Shown here: positions 49,809 to 59,183 of the stretch, in pieces
Layout of the letters: the number at the start of each line of letters is the position of its first letter
Position numbering within the stretch: the first letter of the stretch is position 1
Assembly (NCBI GenBank): GCA_963841435.1
Contig: CAWJCS010000003.1
Coordinates: forward strand, 864,001-928,000
Origin: an uncultured delta proteobacterium
GTDB lineage: Bacteria; Myxococcota_A; Polyangia; Polyangiales; Polyangiaceae
Direction: 5' to 3'
DNA: 64,000 nucleotides
Translations under genes and position numbers: made by a program
The notes under the pieces: generated by a model
Databases searched by the model: none
What the model saw: the letters and a program-made list of their open reading frames with translations, nothing else
What the model was told of the DNA's origin: nothing

Positions 49809-50972
49809 GTGCCACCCCGCCGTCGTCTTCTCGTGAGCCACGGGCTCGTGCTGCTCGTTTCGGGCGTAACCGCCGCCTGTGCGAATCCACGCGCGCCGTC
49901 CAGCACCCAGCCGGCCGCGCTCCCCACGAAGAGCTCGACCGTCGCCGTCGAAAGAGCGCCCGCCAAAGCGAAACCAGAGCCGTCGAAGCTCGCGCCGCCC
50001 GCGCCCGTGAAGATCGAGCTCAGGGAAGTCGCGATGGGGACGAGCGTGACGTTCGTGGCGTTCACCAACGAGCGTGCCGACGAGGCCGCCGTGCGCGCCG
50101 CGATGGCGAGCGCGCTCACGCGCATGCGCGGGCTCGAAGCCGTCCTCAGCGAGTGGCGCGACGACAGCGAGATCGGCCAGTTGAACCTGCACGCGGGCGA
50201 GTGGGTTCCGATGGGCCCCGAGTCGCTCGAGGTCATCCAGAAGGGCCTGTGGGCGGGGCGGCTGTCGGGCGGCGTGTTCGACATCACGTTCCAGGCGATG
50301 AAGGACGTGTGGAAGTTCGGCACCGCGAGCGAGGCCGAGCCCCACGTTCCGACGCACAAGGAGATCGAGGCGCGCCGCCGGCTCGTGGACTATCGCAAGG
50401 TCGAGATCGACGAGGGCGCGCACGCCGTTCGCATCGGCAAGCAGCAGCAAGTCGGCCTCGGCGGCATCGCCAAGGGGTACATCGTCGACAAGGCGGCGCG
50501 CGTGCTGCGCGATGCGGGCGTCGACGCGTTTCTCGTCCAGGCCGGCGGCGATCTGTACGGCGCGGGCCGCAAGCCCGACGGCTCTCCCTGGGTGAGCGGC
50601 ATCCAGGATCCGCGCGGCGCGCCCGGGCAATTCTTTGCCACGATCGAGCTCACCGATCACGCCTTTTCGACCGCCGGCGACTACGCACGCGCCTACGTCG
50701 TCAAGGGCAAGCGCTATCACCACATCATCGATCCGCGTACGGGCTATCCGGCAACGGCGTGCCGCAGCGTGACGGTCTGGGCCCCCGACGCCTTCATCGC
50801 CGACGCGGTCGACGACATCGTCTTCATCCTCGGCCCCGAAAAGGGCATCCCGCTCGTCGAGTCACTCGACGGCGTCGGAGCGGTCATCGTCGACGAAAAG
50901 AATCACGTCACGGTGACGCGCAGGCTCGAGGGCAAGGTGCACGTCGTGTCAGCGCCGACCGACGGCATCTGA
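49809..50972 (+). CDS. apbE: FAD:protein FMN transferase lipoprotein
   Basis: AMGT, FDIT, LGGIAKGYIVD, AGGD, STAGDY and HHIIDPRTGYP. Confidence 0.92.
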   Translation: MPPRRRLLVSHGLVLLVSGVTAACANPRAPSSTQPAALPTKSSTVAVERAPAKAKPEPSKLAPPAPVKIELREVAMGTSVTFVAFTNERADEAAVRAAMASALTRMRGLEAVLSEWRDDSEIGQLNLHAGEWVPMGPESLEVIQKGLWAGRLSGGVFDITFQAMKDVWKFGTASEAEPHVPTHKEIEARRRLVDYRKVEIDEGAHAVRIGKQQQVGLGGIAKGYIVDKAARVLRDAGVDAFLVQAGGDLYGAGRKPDGSPWVSGIQDPRGAPGQFFATIELTDHAFSTAGDYARAYVVKGKRYHHIIDPRTGYPATACRSVTVWAPDAFIADAVDDIVFILGPEKGIPLVESLDGVGAVIVDEKNHVTVTRRLEGKVHVVSAPTDGI

Positions 50973-51002
50973 GGGGAAGGAGGCGCGGCGAGCTCGGCCC
51001 CG

Positions 51003-52071
51003 CTAGAGCGCGCCGTTCAGCGGGTCGTAGTCGCTGGCGCCGCCCTTCTTGCCCTTCTTGGACTTGAACGTCGGGTCCATCGACGGGCGTGACGCACCGG
51101 CCGGCGCCGTGCGCGGCGCTGGCGCCGCCGGCGGTTTGGCTTTCGGAGCCACCTCGGCCTTCGCGGCCGTTTCGGCAGGCGCCGGCTCGGCACTCGCGGG
51201 CTCGGTTTCTTCGGCGGTCGCCGTGGCGGTGGGCGCGGCCGCGGCGACCTCGGGCTCACTCGACGGAGCGCGCTCGGTCATCTTCTCGACGGCGCGCGGC
51301 GTGCCGAACCCGGGCCCGCCGAGCGCGGCTTCGAGCGCCAGATAGGTCGAACTCCTGACCGAGCGAGGTCGCCGCGGCGTGGACGACCGCGTTGCGATAG
51401 AGCGTGACCACGAGGCCCGCGGCGATCGACAGCCCGATGACCAGCGCGCCCGAACGCGAACGAGGCAGCGCGCGACGCGCCGTGTCCGTGAGCGAGCTTG
51501 GCACGGGCACCGACGGCGGCACCGACTCGACGAACGGCGACGGCGCGGCCGCGACCGTCGGGGCGAACGAAGCGGGCGCCGGATTGGACCAGGCGGAGGC
51601 CGGCGGCCAGGAGCTCCCCGTCGAATCCGGAGCGGGTGCCGAACGGGCGGACGGTGGCGGCGGCCGCGTGCTCATCGGCGGGGGCGGTGCCGGCGCTCGC
51701 GAGGAGACCACCGGTGGGAACGACGAGGCGGCGGGGGCGGGCGCCCGCGACGGGACGACCGGCGGCGGATACGACGAGGCCGCGACCGGGCTTGCCGAGA
51801 CGGCGGGTGGCCAGGACGTCGCCGTCTGCGCCATGCGGTTCATCGGAGGCGGCTCCGAGACCGGGATGCTGACGGCGGGCCCGTCCTCCTCTCCCAGCCC
51901 CGCGACGACGCTGAGCGGCAACCACTCGGCCATCCCCGGCTGCCAGATCAGCGTGTCCGCGCTGATGATGTCGAGGCGGAAAAGGTCGTCGAGCTTTTCG
52001 AGCGTGAGCTTTTTGACCTCGTCCGGGCCCATCCGAACGTGCCAGAGATCGTCTTCGCTTTCGTCGGCCAT
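51003..52071 (-). CDS. GYF_2-like domain, Pro-rich, single-TM protein (one +1 frameshift at ~51350)
   Basis: WHV..I..DTLIWQPGMAEWLPL, Pro/Ser linker and TM helix. Removing one base joins it to the 51003-51281 ORF, which ends YDPLNGAL. Confidence 0.7.
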
Positions 52072-52377
52072 GGTCCCTCGGTGGCGCGAGGAGCGTAGCA
52101 GCGACCGCCGGCGCGCAAGGCGGCCGTCACTGGACCGACGATCCACGGGCTGCCTGCAAGGCGACTAGAAAATTCCCGAGAAAATGGCGTGGCCGCGCCG
52201 TTTCGGCGTTGGCCGACCGGCACGACCCCTGGGAAACTTACAAGCTCTTGGTAAAATTTGTTCGGTGGCGGAAATTCGAACCTATCGTCCGCGCATTGAG
52301 CTTGGAGCGGATCACCGACGAGCAGTACAGGTGACGTCGCAAGCGGCGGCGCCCCGACCCCCAACCCGAGAAATCCG

Positions 52378-53148
52378 ATGGCAAGAAATCCCTTCGACGA
52401 CGATCCGGACGTCGCGGCGATGCGCTCGATGCGGCCGCGCTCCGGTCCGACCTCCTGGGGCCGCGTGCTGTTCGGCGTGCTCGTCGTGGTAAGCGGCACG
52501 TTCGGCTTCGCCTATTACCTACCGCTCTACCGGGCGCACGCCGCCCTCGTGAGCGATCATGCGCGCCTGCGCGGTGAACTCGAAGGAGTCGAGAGCAATC
52601 TCAAACAGACCCGCGAAGAGCTGAAGACGGTGAGCGAGCGCAAGGACGAGCTGCAAGCCGAGCACGAAAAGGTCGAGGCTGCCGCCAAGTCGCAGAGCGC
52701 GGGGGCCCAGTCTCTGCGCGACAAGTTGCTCGACGCGCTCGACAAGCCCGAAAAGAAGAAGCAAGCGATGGTGGGCCTCGACGACGCGGGCGTGCGCGTG
52801 GCGCTCGCCTCGAGCTTTCTGTTCTCGACCGGCAAGATCGACGTGAGCTCCTCGGGGCGCGCCGCGCTCTGCGAGCTCGCGAAAAGCAGCGGCTCGGCGA
52901 CGCTCAACGTCTCGGGCGTCGCCACGGACGACGACGTGCCCGCGCTCTTGAAATCCAAGCTGCCCAGCGCCTGGGCGTACACGGGCGCCGCGGCAGCGAG
53001 TGTCGCCGAGACGCTGGAATCGAAATGTCAGGTGCCGCGCGGGCGCCTGCGGCTCGGCAGCGTTCCGGGCGGCAGCGCGGCTTTCGCCGGGCAGAGCCCG
53101 CCGTCACCCCGCGTCGAGATCGTCGTCGGCACCGCCAAGAAATCCTGA
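52378..53148 (+). CDS. TM + coiled-coil + degenerate MotB/OmpA-like domain protein
   Basis: TM helix, coiled coil, L..FLFSTGK..G..AL and final RVEIVV. Confidence 0.6.
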   Translation: MARNPFDDDPDVAAMRSMRPRSGPTSWGRVLFGVLVVVSGTFGFAYYLPLYRAHAALVSDHARLRGELEGVESNLKQTREELKTVSERKDELQAEHEKVEAAAKSQSAGAQSLRDKLLDALDKPEKKKQAMVGLDDAGVRVALASSFLFSTGKIDVSSSGRAALCELAKSSGSATLNVSGVATDDDVPALLKSKLPSAWAYTGAAAASVAETLESKCQVPRGRLRLGSVPGGSAAFAGQSPPSPRVEIVVGTAKKS

Positions 53149-53188
53149 CCGCGCCCGCGTGCGGCGTGGGCCCGCGCCCAACGCGAGA

Positions 53189-54283
53189 CTAGAGCGCGTC
53201 GTCGCGCCCGAGCCGCTCGAGCTCGGCGACGATCGCGCGCACGTCCTGCGAGCGGTCGCGGGGCACGATGAGCAGCGCGTCGTCCGTCTCGACGACGCAC
53301 AGGTTGTCGATGCCGAGCGCAGCGACGAGCCGGCGGCGCCGGCCGCTCGTGAGGTCGAAAAACAGGTTGTTCTTGGACTCGAGCGCGAGGGCGTGGCCGT
53401 GGCTCGCGTTGCCGGCGGCGTCCTTCTCCGCGAGCTCCCAGGCGCTCTCCCAGCTACCGAGGTCGGTCCAGCCAATCGACGCCGGCACCACCAGGAAGCT
53501 TTCGAGCTTCTCCATCACCCCCACGTCGATGCTCACGCGCGGCAGAGCCTCGAACACGCGACGCGTCTCGGCGGTTTCGCGCTCCGGTCCCAACTTCGCC
53601 GCCTGCTCGATGGAGCGAAGGCCCGCGGCGAGCTCCGGGAGGTGGCGTTCGATCGCCGCCAGCATCGCGTCGGCGCGGAAGATGAACATGCCCGCGTTCC
53701 AGACGTGGCGGCCGCCCTGCCTGTAACGCTCGGCGGTCGCGAGATCGGGCTTCTCGGCGAAGGAAACCCCCTGGCGCACGCCGGGCGACACGCTCTCGCC
53801 GACTGCGACGTAGCCGTAGCCGGTCTCCGCGCGCGTCGGCTCGATGCCGATCGTGACGACGCGACCCGTGGACGCCGCGTCGAGAGCGACGCGCAGCACC
53901 TCGCGAAACGCCCCGACATCGGCGATGTGGTGGTCGCTCGGCAAAACGACGATGCGCGCCTCCGGATCACGCCGGTGGACGAGGGAGGTGGCCCAGCCGA
54001 TGCACGCGGCGGTGTTGCGCGGCATGGGCTCACCGAGAAAGGCGCTGTCCGGCAGCTCGGGGAGCGCCGCGCGCGTCGCGGAGACGAGGTCCGCTCCCGT
54101 GGCGATGACCACGTGATCGTCGTCCATCAGCGGTCGGATCCGCGCGACGGTGGCGCCAATGAGCGGGAGGTCCTCGCTCGGTCCCAGCGGCAAGAGCTGC
54201 TTCGGACGCGCCCTGCGCGACGCCGGCCAGAACCGCGTGCCGCTGCCGCCGGCGAGGATCACGGCGTGAGCGTGCGGAATCAC
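53189..54283 (-). CDS. manC: Mannose-1-phosphate guanylyltransferase
   Basis: VILAGGSGTRFWPASR..PKQ, EPMPRNTA, PSDH, TGYGY, WNAGMF, SIDVGVMEK and WTDLGSW. Confidence 0.93.
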   Translation of the reverse strand: MIPHAHAVILAGGSGTRFWPASRRARPKQLLPLGPSEDLPLIGATVARIRPLMDDDHVVIATGADLVSATRAALPELPDSAFLGEPMPRNTAACIGWATSLVHRRDPEARIVVLPSDHHIADVGAFREVLRVALDAASTGRVVTIGIEPTRAETGYGYVAVGESVSPGVRQGVSFAEKPDLATAERYRQGGRHVWNAGMFIFRADAMLAAIERHLPELAAGLRSIEQAAKLGPERETAETRRVFEALPRVSIDVGVMEKLESFLVVPASIGWTDLGSWESAWELAEKDAAGNASHGHALALESKNNLFFDLTSGRRRRLVAALGIDNLCVVETDDALLIVPRDRSQDVRAIVAELERLGRDDAL

Positions 54284-54368
54284 CGGGCCCCCCGTAGCAC
54301 GGGATGGCGGCCCGGGCAGCGCTCGATCGCCCCGGGGCCGCGGACCGCGTGGAATTTCAGCCGTGGGC

Positions 54369-54956
54369 TCACGCGGGCTCGTCGCCGTCGGCCTCGGCTT
54401 CGGCGTCGTCCGGCAGCTCGTCGAGCCCGGTGCCGCCGCGCACGGGGATGGCGCGAGCGTGCCCCACCTTCTCGAGCGCGCTAGCGAGCTTGTCACGGTC
54501 GCTCACCTCGGGAAGGTACGCCCGGGTGCCGTCCCAGAGCTCGAGCACGATCGAGCGCTGGCCGTCGAGCAGGATGCGATCGATCTGCGCCCACTTGTAA
54601 CGCTTCGTGCGGGGGATGCCGAGCGAGACGACATCGCGAAACTCGAGACCATCGCCCCGGATGCGGACGCCGCGCATGCTCGTCTTCACGATCGAGGAGA
54701 CGGCCCCGAGCACGAGCAGCGCAGCGACGGCCCGCGCGCCGATGAAGCCGCGCAGGCTCCGCTCCACCACCTGGTGGTAGAGAAACGTGCCCGCTGGCGC
54801 CCGTTCCCCGAGGAAGACGAGCACCACGGCGGCGATCGCGACGCCCAGGTACACGAGCGACGGGAGGTGGGTCACGAACGGCGGACCGAAGACGGTCTCG
54901 GCGGGCCGATACGTCATGTCGAAGCCCGGCGGGCGCGACGGGCGAGCCATGTGCAA
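54369..54956 (-). CDS. Hypothetical two-TM protein with PH-like C-terminal domain
   Basis: Two hydrophobic helices, then GVRIRGDGL..YKWAQI. Confidence 0.65.
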   Translation of the reverse strand: MHMARPSRPPGFDMTYRPAETVFGPPFVTHLPSLVYLGVAIAAVVLVFLGERAPAGTFLYHQVVERSLRGFIGARAVAALLVLGAVSSIVKTSMRGVRIRGDGLEFRDVVSLGIPRTKRYKWAQIDRILLDGQRSIVLELWDGTRAYLPEVSDRDKLASALEKVGHARAIPVRGGTGLDELPDDAEAEADGDEPA

Positions 54957-55024
54957 TGGACCCTAACGTCCGGCTCTGCCTTTGGGTAGCTCGACGACGA
55001 TCGTGGTACTCAAGCGATACCGCC

Positions 55025-55573
55025 ATGCCGACCATCGTGAGTCGCCGTGCCGCGCGCGCGCCCGAGCTCGACGCCCGTCGGGTGCGCGTGCTCGGCGATC
55101 GCATGCTCGGCGCCCTGGATCTCGGCGACGCCGAGCTCAGCGTCCACCTAGTGGATGACTTTACGATCCAGGTGCTCAACCGGGATTACCGTAAGAAGGA
55201 CGCCCCCACCGACGTGCTCGCGTTCCCCCTGTCCGCGCGGCGCGGCGCCCCCCGGGACGCGCCGCGGCTACTCGGGGACGTCGTGATTTCCCTGCCTACC
55301 GCGCTCCGACAGGCCCGCTCCCGAAAGCGTGCGCTCTTGCCCGAGGTCCGCTTCCTGCTCGCCCACGGCCTTCTGCACCTCGTGGGCTACGACCACGGAA
55401 CGCCGAGCCAGAAGCGGGAAATGGACCGTGAGACACGACGCCTCGTCCGCGCGGCGTCACCGTCGCGGTCGGGCAGCGCAACCCGCTCCCGGGGTCGGAT
55501 GCCCCCACCCAACAGGCCCGCCAGTAAGCGCGCTAGATCCCGGAAACTTCCTTCGAAATCGCGCCTAACCTAG
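55025..55573 (+). CDS. ybeY: rRNA maturation endoribonuclease YbeY
   Basis: LNRDYRKKDAPTDVLAF, LGDVVIS and HGLLHLVGYDH. Confidence 0.95.
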   Translation: MPTIVSRRAARAPELDARRVRVLGDRMLGALDLGDAELSVHLVDDFTIQVLNRDYRKKDAPTDVLAFPLSARRGAPRDAPRLLGDVVISLPTALRQARSRKRALLPEVRFLLAHGLLHLVGYDHGTPSQKREMDRETRRLVRAASPSRSGSATRSRGRMPPPNRPASKRARSRKLPSKSRLT

Positions 55574-55878
55574 CGGTTTCAGGGCAGATTGCAGTATTGC
55601 GAGCTACCGACCGACGAGCCAGCAGGAAACAAGGGACGATGCAAAGTGGCTCGCCGGATCCAGCGTACATGCTGCTACCCGGGCACCCCCTCCGTCCCGT
55701 TATGCATAAAAAAAGCTCTAAGGGAGCTTTTCTCTCTTGAATACCCATGGACTCCCCTGGTATCCGTGCCGGTGCCTGGTTGACGAAGCCACCGGCCCCA
55801 GAAAAAGGGGCGGATCGGCGACTGCGACCTGGTGGGTCGGTAACGGGAAACACTGGATTTGCGTACAGGAGGACTGGC

Positions 55879-56190
55879 ATGGCAGGCAAGAGGCTGACGA
55901 AGGCTCAGGTGATCGCTGAGCTCGCTGGTGCGACGGATCTCGACAAAAAAAGCGTGGCGCGCGTGTTCGAAGGGCTTTCGGATCTGATCCGCAAGCAGCT
56001 TTCGGTGCGCGGACCGGGTGAATTCGTGGTGCCGGGGCTGGTCAAGCTCCGCGTCGTGAAGAAGCCCGCGACCAAGGAACGCCAGGGCATCAATCCCTTC
56101 ACGAAGGAGCCCATCACGATTCCGGCGAAGCCCGCGAGCAAGAAGGTGCGGGCGACCGCCCTCAAGGCCCTCAAGGATCTCGTTCAGTAA
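55879..56190 (+). CDS. HU-family DNA-binding protein
   Basis: LTKAQVIAELA..PGLVKL..RQGINPFTKE..PAKPASK; strong RBS AGGAGG. Confidence 0.92.
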   Translation: MAGKRLTKAQVIAELAGATDLDKKSVARVFEGLSDLIRKQLSVRGPGEFVVPGLVKLRVVKKPATKERQGINPFTKEPITIPAKPASKKVRATALKALKDLVQ

Positions 56191-56219
56191 AGAACCGAGA
56201 GTCCAAAGGGACACGAGAG

Positions 56220-56257
56220 TCCCCGGCGCCCCTGTGGCGACCGGGGATTTTCGTTTT
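56220..56257 (+). terminator. Rho-independent terminator after the HU gene
   Basis: TCCCCGG-CGCC..GGCG-A-CCGGGGA stem followed by TTTTCGTTTT. Confidence 0.75.
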
Positions 56258-56289
56258 GTAGCCCTGGCTCGCGACGCGCGGCGGGAGCG

Positions 56290-57099
56290 TCAGAAGTAGA
56301 ACGTCGCGCCGGCTCGAAAGAGGCCGCCCGCCGAGCCGTTCGTCGCCAGGTGCGTGCTCGGGTCGACGAACTCGGGATCGCCGTGGGGGCTGTCGGTGCG
56401 GTAGCGCGCGAGCGCGACGAGGTCGGCGCCGATCGCCGCTCGACGCACGATCCGCCACTCGACACCGAGGCCACCCTGCACGCCGGCGTGCGTGTAGCTC
56501 GCGTCGTACGCAGAGACGGCAAGGCCCCCGTAGCGATGCACGCGCACCCACGACTGACTGAGCGCGACGCCACCGAGCAGGTACACCTGCACCGGGTCCC
56601 CGGGGTTCACGAACAAAAGGGCGTTGCCGACGAAAGCGCGCTCCGAGCGGTGGTTACCCGCATAGTCTTTGCCACCGACGAAATCGAAGCCCACGTCGGC
56701 CGCGAACGGTGGGAGCGGTCGAAAGCGGAACGCGACGCCGAGGCCGGCCATGCCCGCGCCGCTCGCGGCCCCGCTGCCGAGCAGCGCTCCGTCGAAGTGC
56801 AAGTTGAAACCGTATTCGCGGCGCGGGCGGTGGTGGCGGTGCCGCGAACGGGGCTCGGGCGGCACGTCGAAGTGCATTTCGTCTTCGGCGCCGTCCGAGG
56901 CGACGCTCGCCGGTGGCTCGGGCGCCTCGTCGAGAGGCGTCGCCTTGGGGGGCGGCGCGAGAGGCTCGGCGGGTGGCGGCTCGGCTGGAGCCTCACCGTC
57001 GTCGCAAAACCAGCCGTCGGGACAAGAGTCTGCCGCCCACACCACCCGGGGCAGCACGCCGAGCGCGGCAATCAGGACGGCAACACGACGCACCAGCAT
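56290..57099 (-). CDS. Outer-membrane beta-barrel domain protein
   Basis: Signal peptide, Pro-rich linker, amphipathic strands and C-terminal ATFYF. Confidence 0.75.
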   Translation of the reverse strand: MLVRRVAVLIAALGVLPRVVWAADSCPDGWFCDDGEAPAEPPPAEPLAPPPKATPLDEAPEPPASVASDGAEDEMHFDVPPEPRSRHRHHRPRREYGFNLHFDGALLGSGAASGAGMAGLGVAFRFRPLPPFAADVGFDFVGGKDYAGNHRSERAFVGNALLFVNPGDPVQVYLLGGVALSQSWVRVHRYGGLAVSAYDASYTHAGVQGGLGVEWRIVRRAAIGADLVALARYRTDSPHGDPEFVDPSTHLATNGSAGGLFRAGATFYF

Positions 57100-57155
57100 G
57101 CCGTCGAACAAAGGTAGCACGCTCGAGCGCGGCCGACGTGGTAGGCAAGGCCCCA

Positions 57156-58344
57156 ATGGGCGCCGTGATTCTCAAGGCCGGCCACGTTCAGCCGGTTTGG
57201 GCCGGGCACCCGTGGGTGTTCGCGCAGGCGATCGAGCGCGTCGAGGGCGGCGTCAGTGCCGGCGACGACGTCGAGGTGCTCGATCCGCGCGGGCAGGCGC
57301 TCGGGCGCGGGCTCTACTCGCCGGGCTCCGCGATCCCCGTGCGCATCTACACGCGCGACCGCACGCGCGCCATCGACGGCGCGCTGCTCGCCGAGCGCAT
57401 CGAGCGCGCCGTCCGGCGTCGCGCGCGGCTCGGACTGCCAGGCCCCGACACCGACGCGTATCGGCTGGTCCACGCCGAGGGCGACGAGGTACCGGGGCTC
57501 ATCGTCGATCGCTTCGGGTCGGTGCTGAGCATCCAGATCGGAACGCTCGGGCTCAAGCAGCGCGAAGCCGCCATTCTCGAAGCGCTCTCGAAGCTCGAGC
57601 CGAAGGCGATCGTCGATCGCACGCCGGAGCGCGCCGCCAAGAGCGAGGGCTTCGAGGCGCGCTCGGGCGTAATCCGCGGCGACACAACACTCGACGCATT
57701 TTCGTTTCGCGAGCGCGGCCTCACCTTTCGCATTCCACTCGAGCTCGGACAGAAGACTGGCTTCTATCTCGACCAGCGCCCGCTGCGCGCGCGCATCGAA
57801 GAGCTCGCGCGCGACCGCAGCGTGCTCGACGCGTTCTGTTACGTCGGCGCTATCGCGCTCGGGGCCGCGCGCGGCGGCGCCGCCTCCGTCGAGGCCGTCG
57901 ACATGAGCGCGCTCGCCGTCGAGGTGGGTGCCGAATGCGCGGCGGAAAACGGCCTTTCGGAGCGCATTCACTTCGAGCGCGGCGACGCCCACGAGGCGCT
58001 CGCCCACGTCGGACGCAAGGGCGGAGTTGACCTCGTGATTCTGCGATCCGCCGAAGCTTGCGCCGAGCCGGGCGGCGCGCACCCGAGCACTCGACATGAT
58101 GAGGCGGCTCGCGGGCGCCGGCACACGCGCGACCAAGCCGGGCGGGCTCTTCGTGCTCTGCTCGTGCTCCGCCTCGATCGGCTTTCCCGAGCTCACGCGC
58201 GCGCTCGCGCTCGGCGCGCGCGACGTGGGCGCTCGCGCGACCATTCTCGAGCGCTTCACACAAGGCCCCGATCACCCCGTGCCCGCCGCCTTCCCCGAGG
58301 GGCTCTACCTCACCTCGGTGATCGCCGAGATTGACGTGGAGTAG
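57156..58344 (+). CDS. rlmI: RlmI-like PUA-domain SAM-dependent rRNA methyltransferase (one +1 frameshift at ~58039)
   Basis: GHPWVF, RLVHAEGDEVPGLIVD, GQKTGFYLDQR and CSCS..DHP..FPEGLYL. Deleting one T restores VICDPPK. Confidence 0.88.
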
Positions 58345-58352
58345 GCCCGCGG

Positions 58353-59132
58353 ATGCGGCCGCTCACCGCGCTCACCGGCGACGAGGCGCGCGCTCTCACG
58401 GGCCTCTTGTTCGATCTCGACGACACGTTGCTCGACCACGGGCGGCTCGGCGAAAATGCGTACTCGGCGCTCTTCCGGCTGCGCGAGGCGCGACTCTCGC
58501 TCTACGTCGTGACGGGGCGGCCGCTCGGCTGGGTGCGACTGCTGGCGCGCCTCTTCCCCATCGACGGCGGCGTCGCAGAGAACGGCGGCGCGCTCGTGGG
58601 GCCGGGCGGCGACTTCATCGACAGCGTGCCGCCCGGCGTGCGCGCCGAGCGCCGGGCGCGGCTCGCGTCACTCGTGCGCGAGCTCGGCGAGGCATTCGTC
58701 GAGCTCGCGCCGCCCGACGACGTGGGCGAGCGGCTCACCGACTACACGTTCGACGTCGGCGAGCGCCGCGCGGTCCCACGCGAGACGATCGAGCGCGTCA
58801 CGGCGTTCGCCCGCGAACGCGGCGCCGTCGTTCACGTGTCGAGCGTGCACCTTCACGTGGGGTTCGACGCCGTCGACAAGGCGTCCGGCGCCGTGCGGCT
58901 GCTCTCGAAGCTCGCCGGCGTCGATCCCACGGCGGCGCTCGCGCGCTATGCGTTCGTGGGCGACAGCGAAAACGACGCGGCCTGCTTCGCTGCCTTCAAG
59001 ACGACGTTCGGCGTCGCGAACCTGCGTGGTCGCCCGACCCTCATGCCCCGCTACCTCACGAGCGCGCCCCGAGGCGCAGGCTTCGCCGAGCTTTCACGCA
59101 CGCTCGGCGCGCTCCGGGCCTCGTCGGAGTGA
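58353..59132 (+). CDS. HAD-superfamily hydrolase (subfamily IIB-like)
   Basis: FDLDDTL, VTGR, AENG, DK and GDSEND. Confidence 0.88.
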   Translation: MRPLTALTGDEARALTGLLFDLDDTLLDHGRLGENAYSALFRLREARLSLYVVTGRPLGWVRLLARLFPIDGGVAENGGALVGPGGDFIDSVPPGVRAERRARLASLVRELGEAFVELAPPDDVGERLTDYTFDVGERRAVPRETIERVTAFARERGAVVHVSSVHLHVGFDAVDKASGAVRLLSKLAGVDPTAALARYAFVGDSENDAACFAAFKTTFGVANLRGRPTLMPRYLTSAPRGAGFAELSRTLGALRASSE

Positions 59133-59150
59133 CGGGCCTCGTCGGAGTGA
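59115..59150. repeat. Perfect 18-bp tandem duplication spanning the HAD stop codon
   Basis: CGGGCCTCGTCGGAGTGA x2. Confidence 0.9.
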
Positions 59151-59183
59151 CGGCCCTTGGGCGGGGTGCTATTGGAGCGCGCC

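Noticed and set aside
49809-50972. Extracellular flavinylation system around apbE
   Set aside because: I found no convincing D-x-x-[ST]-G-A-[ST] FMN-acceptor protein among the neighbours.
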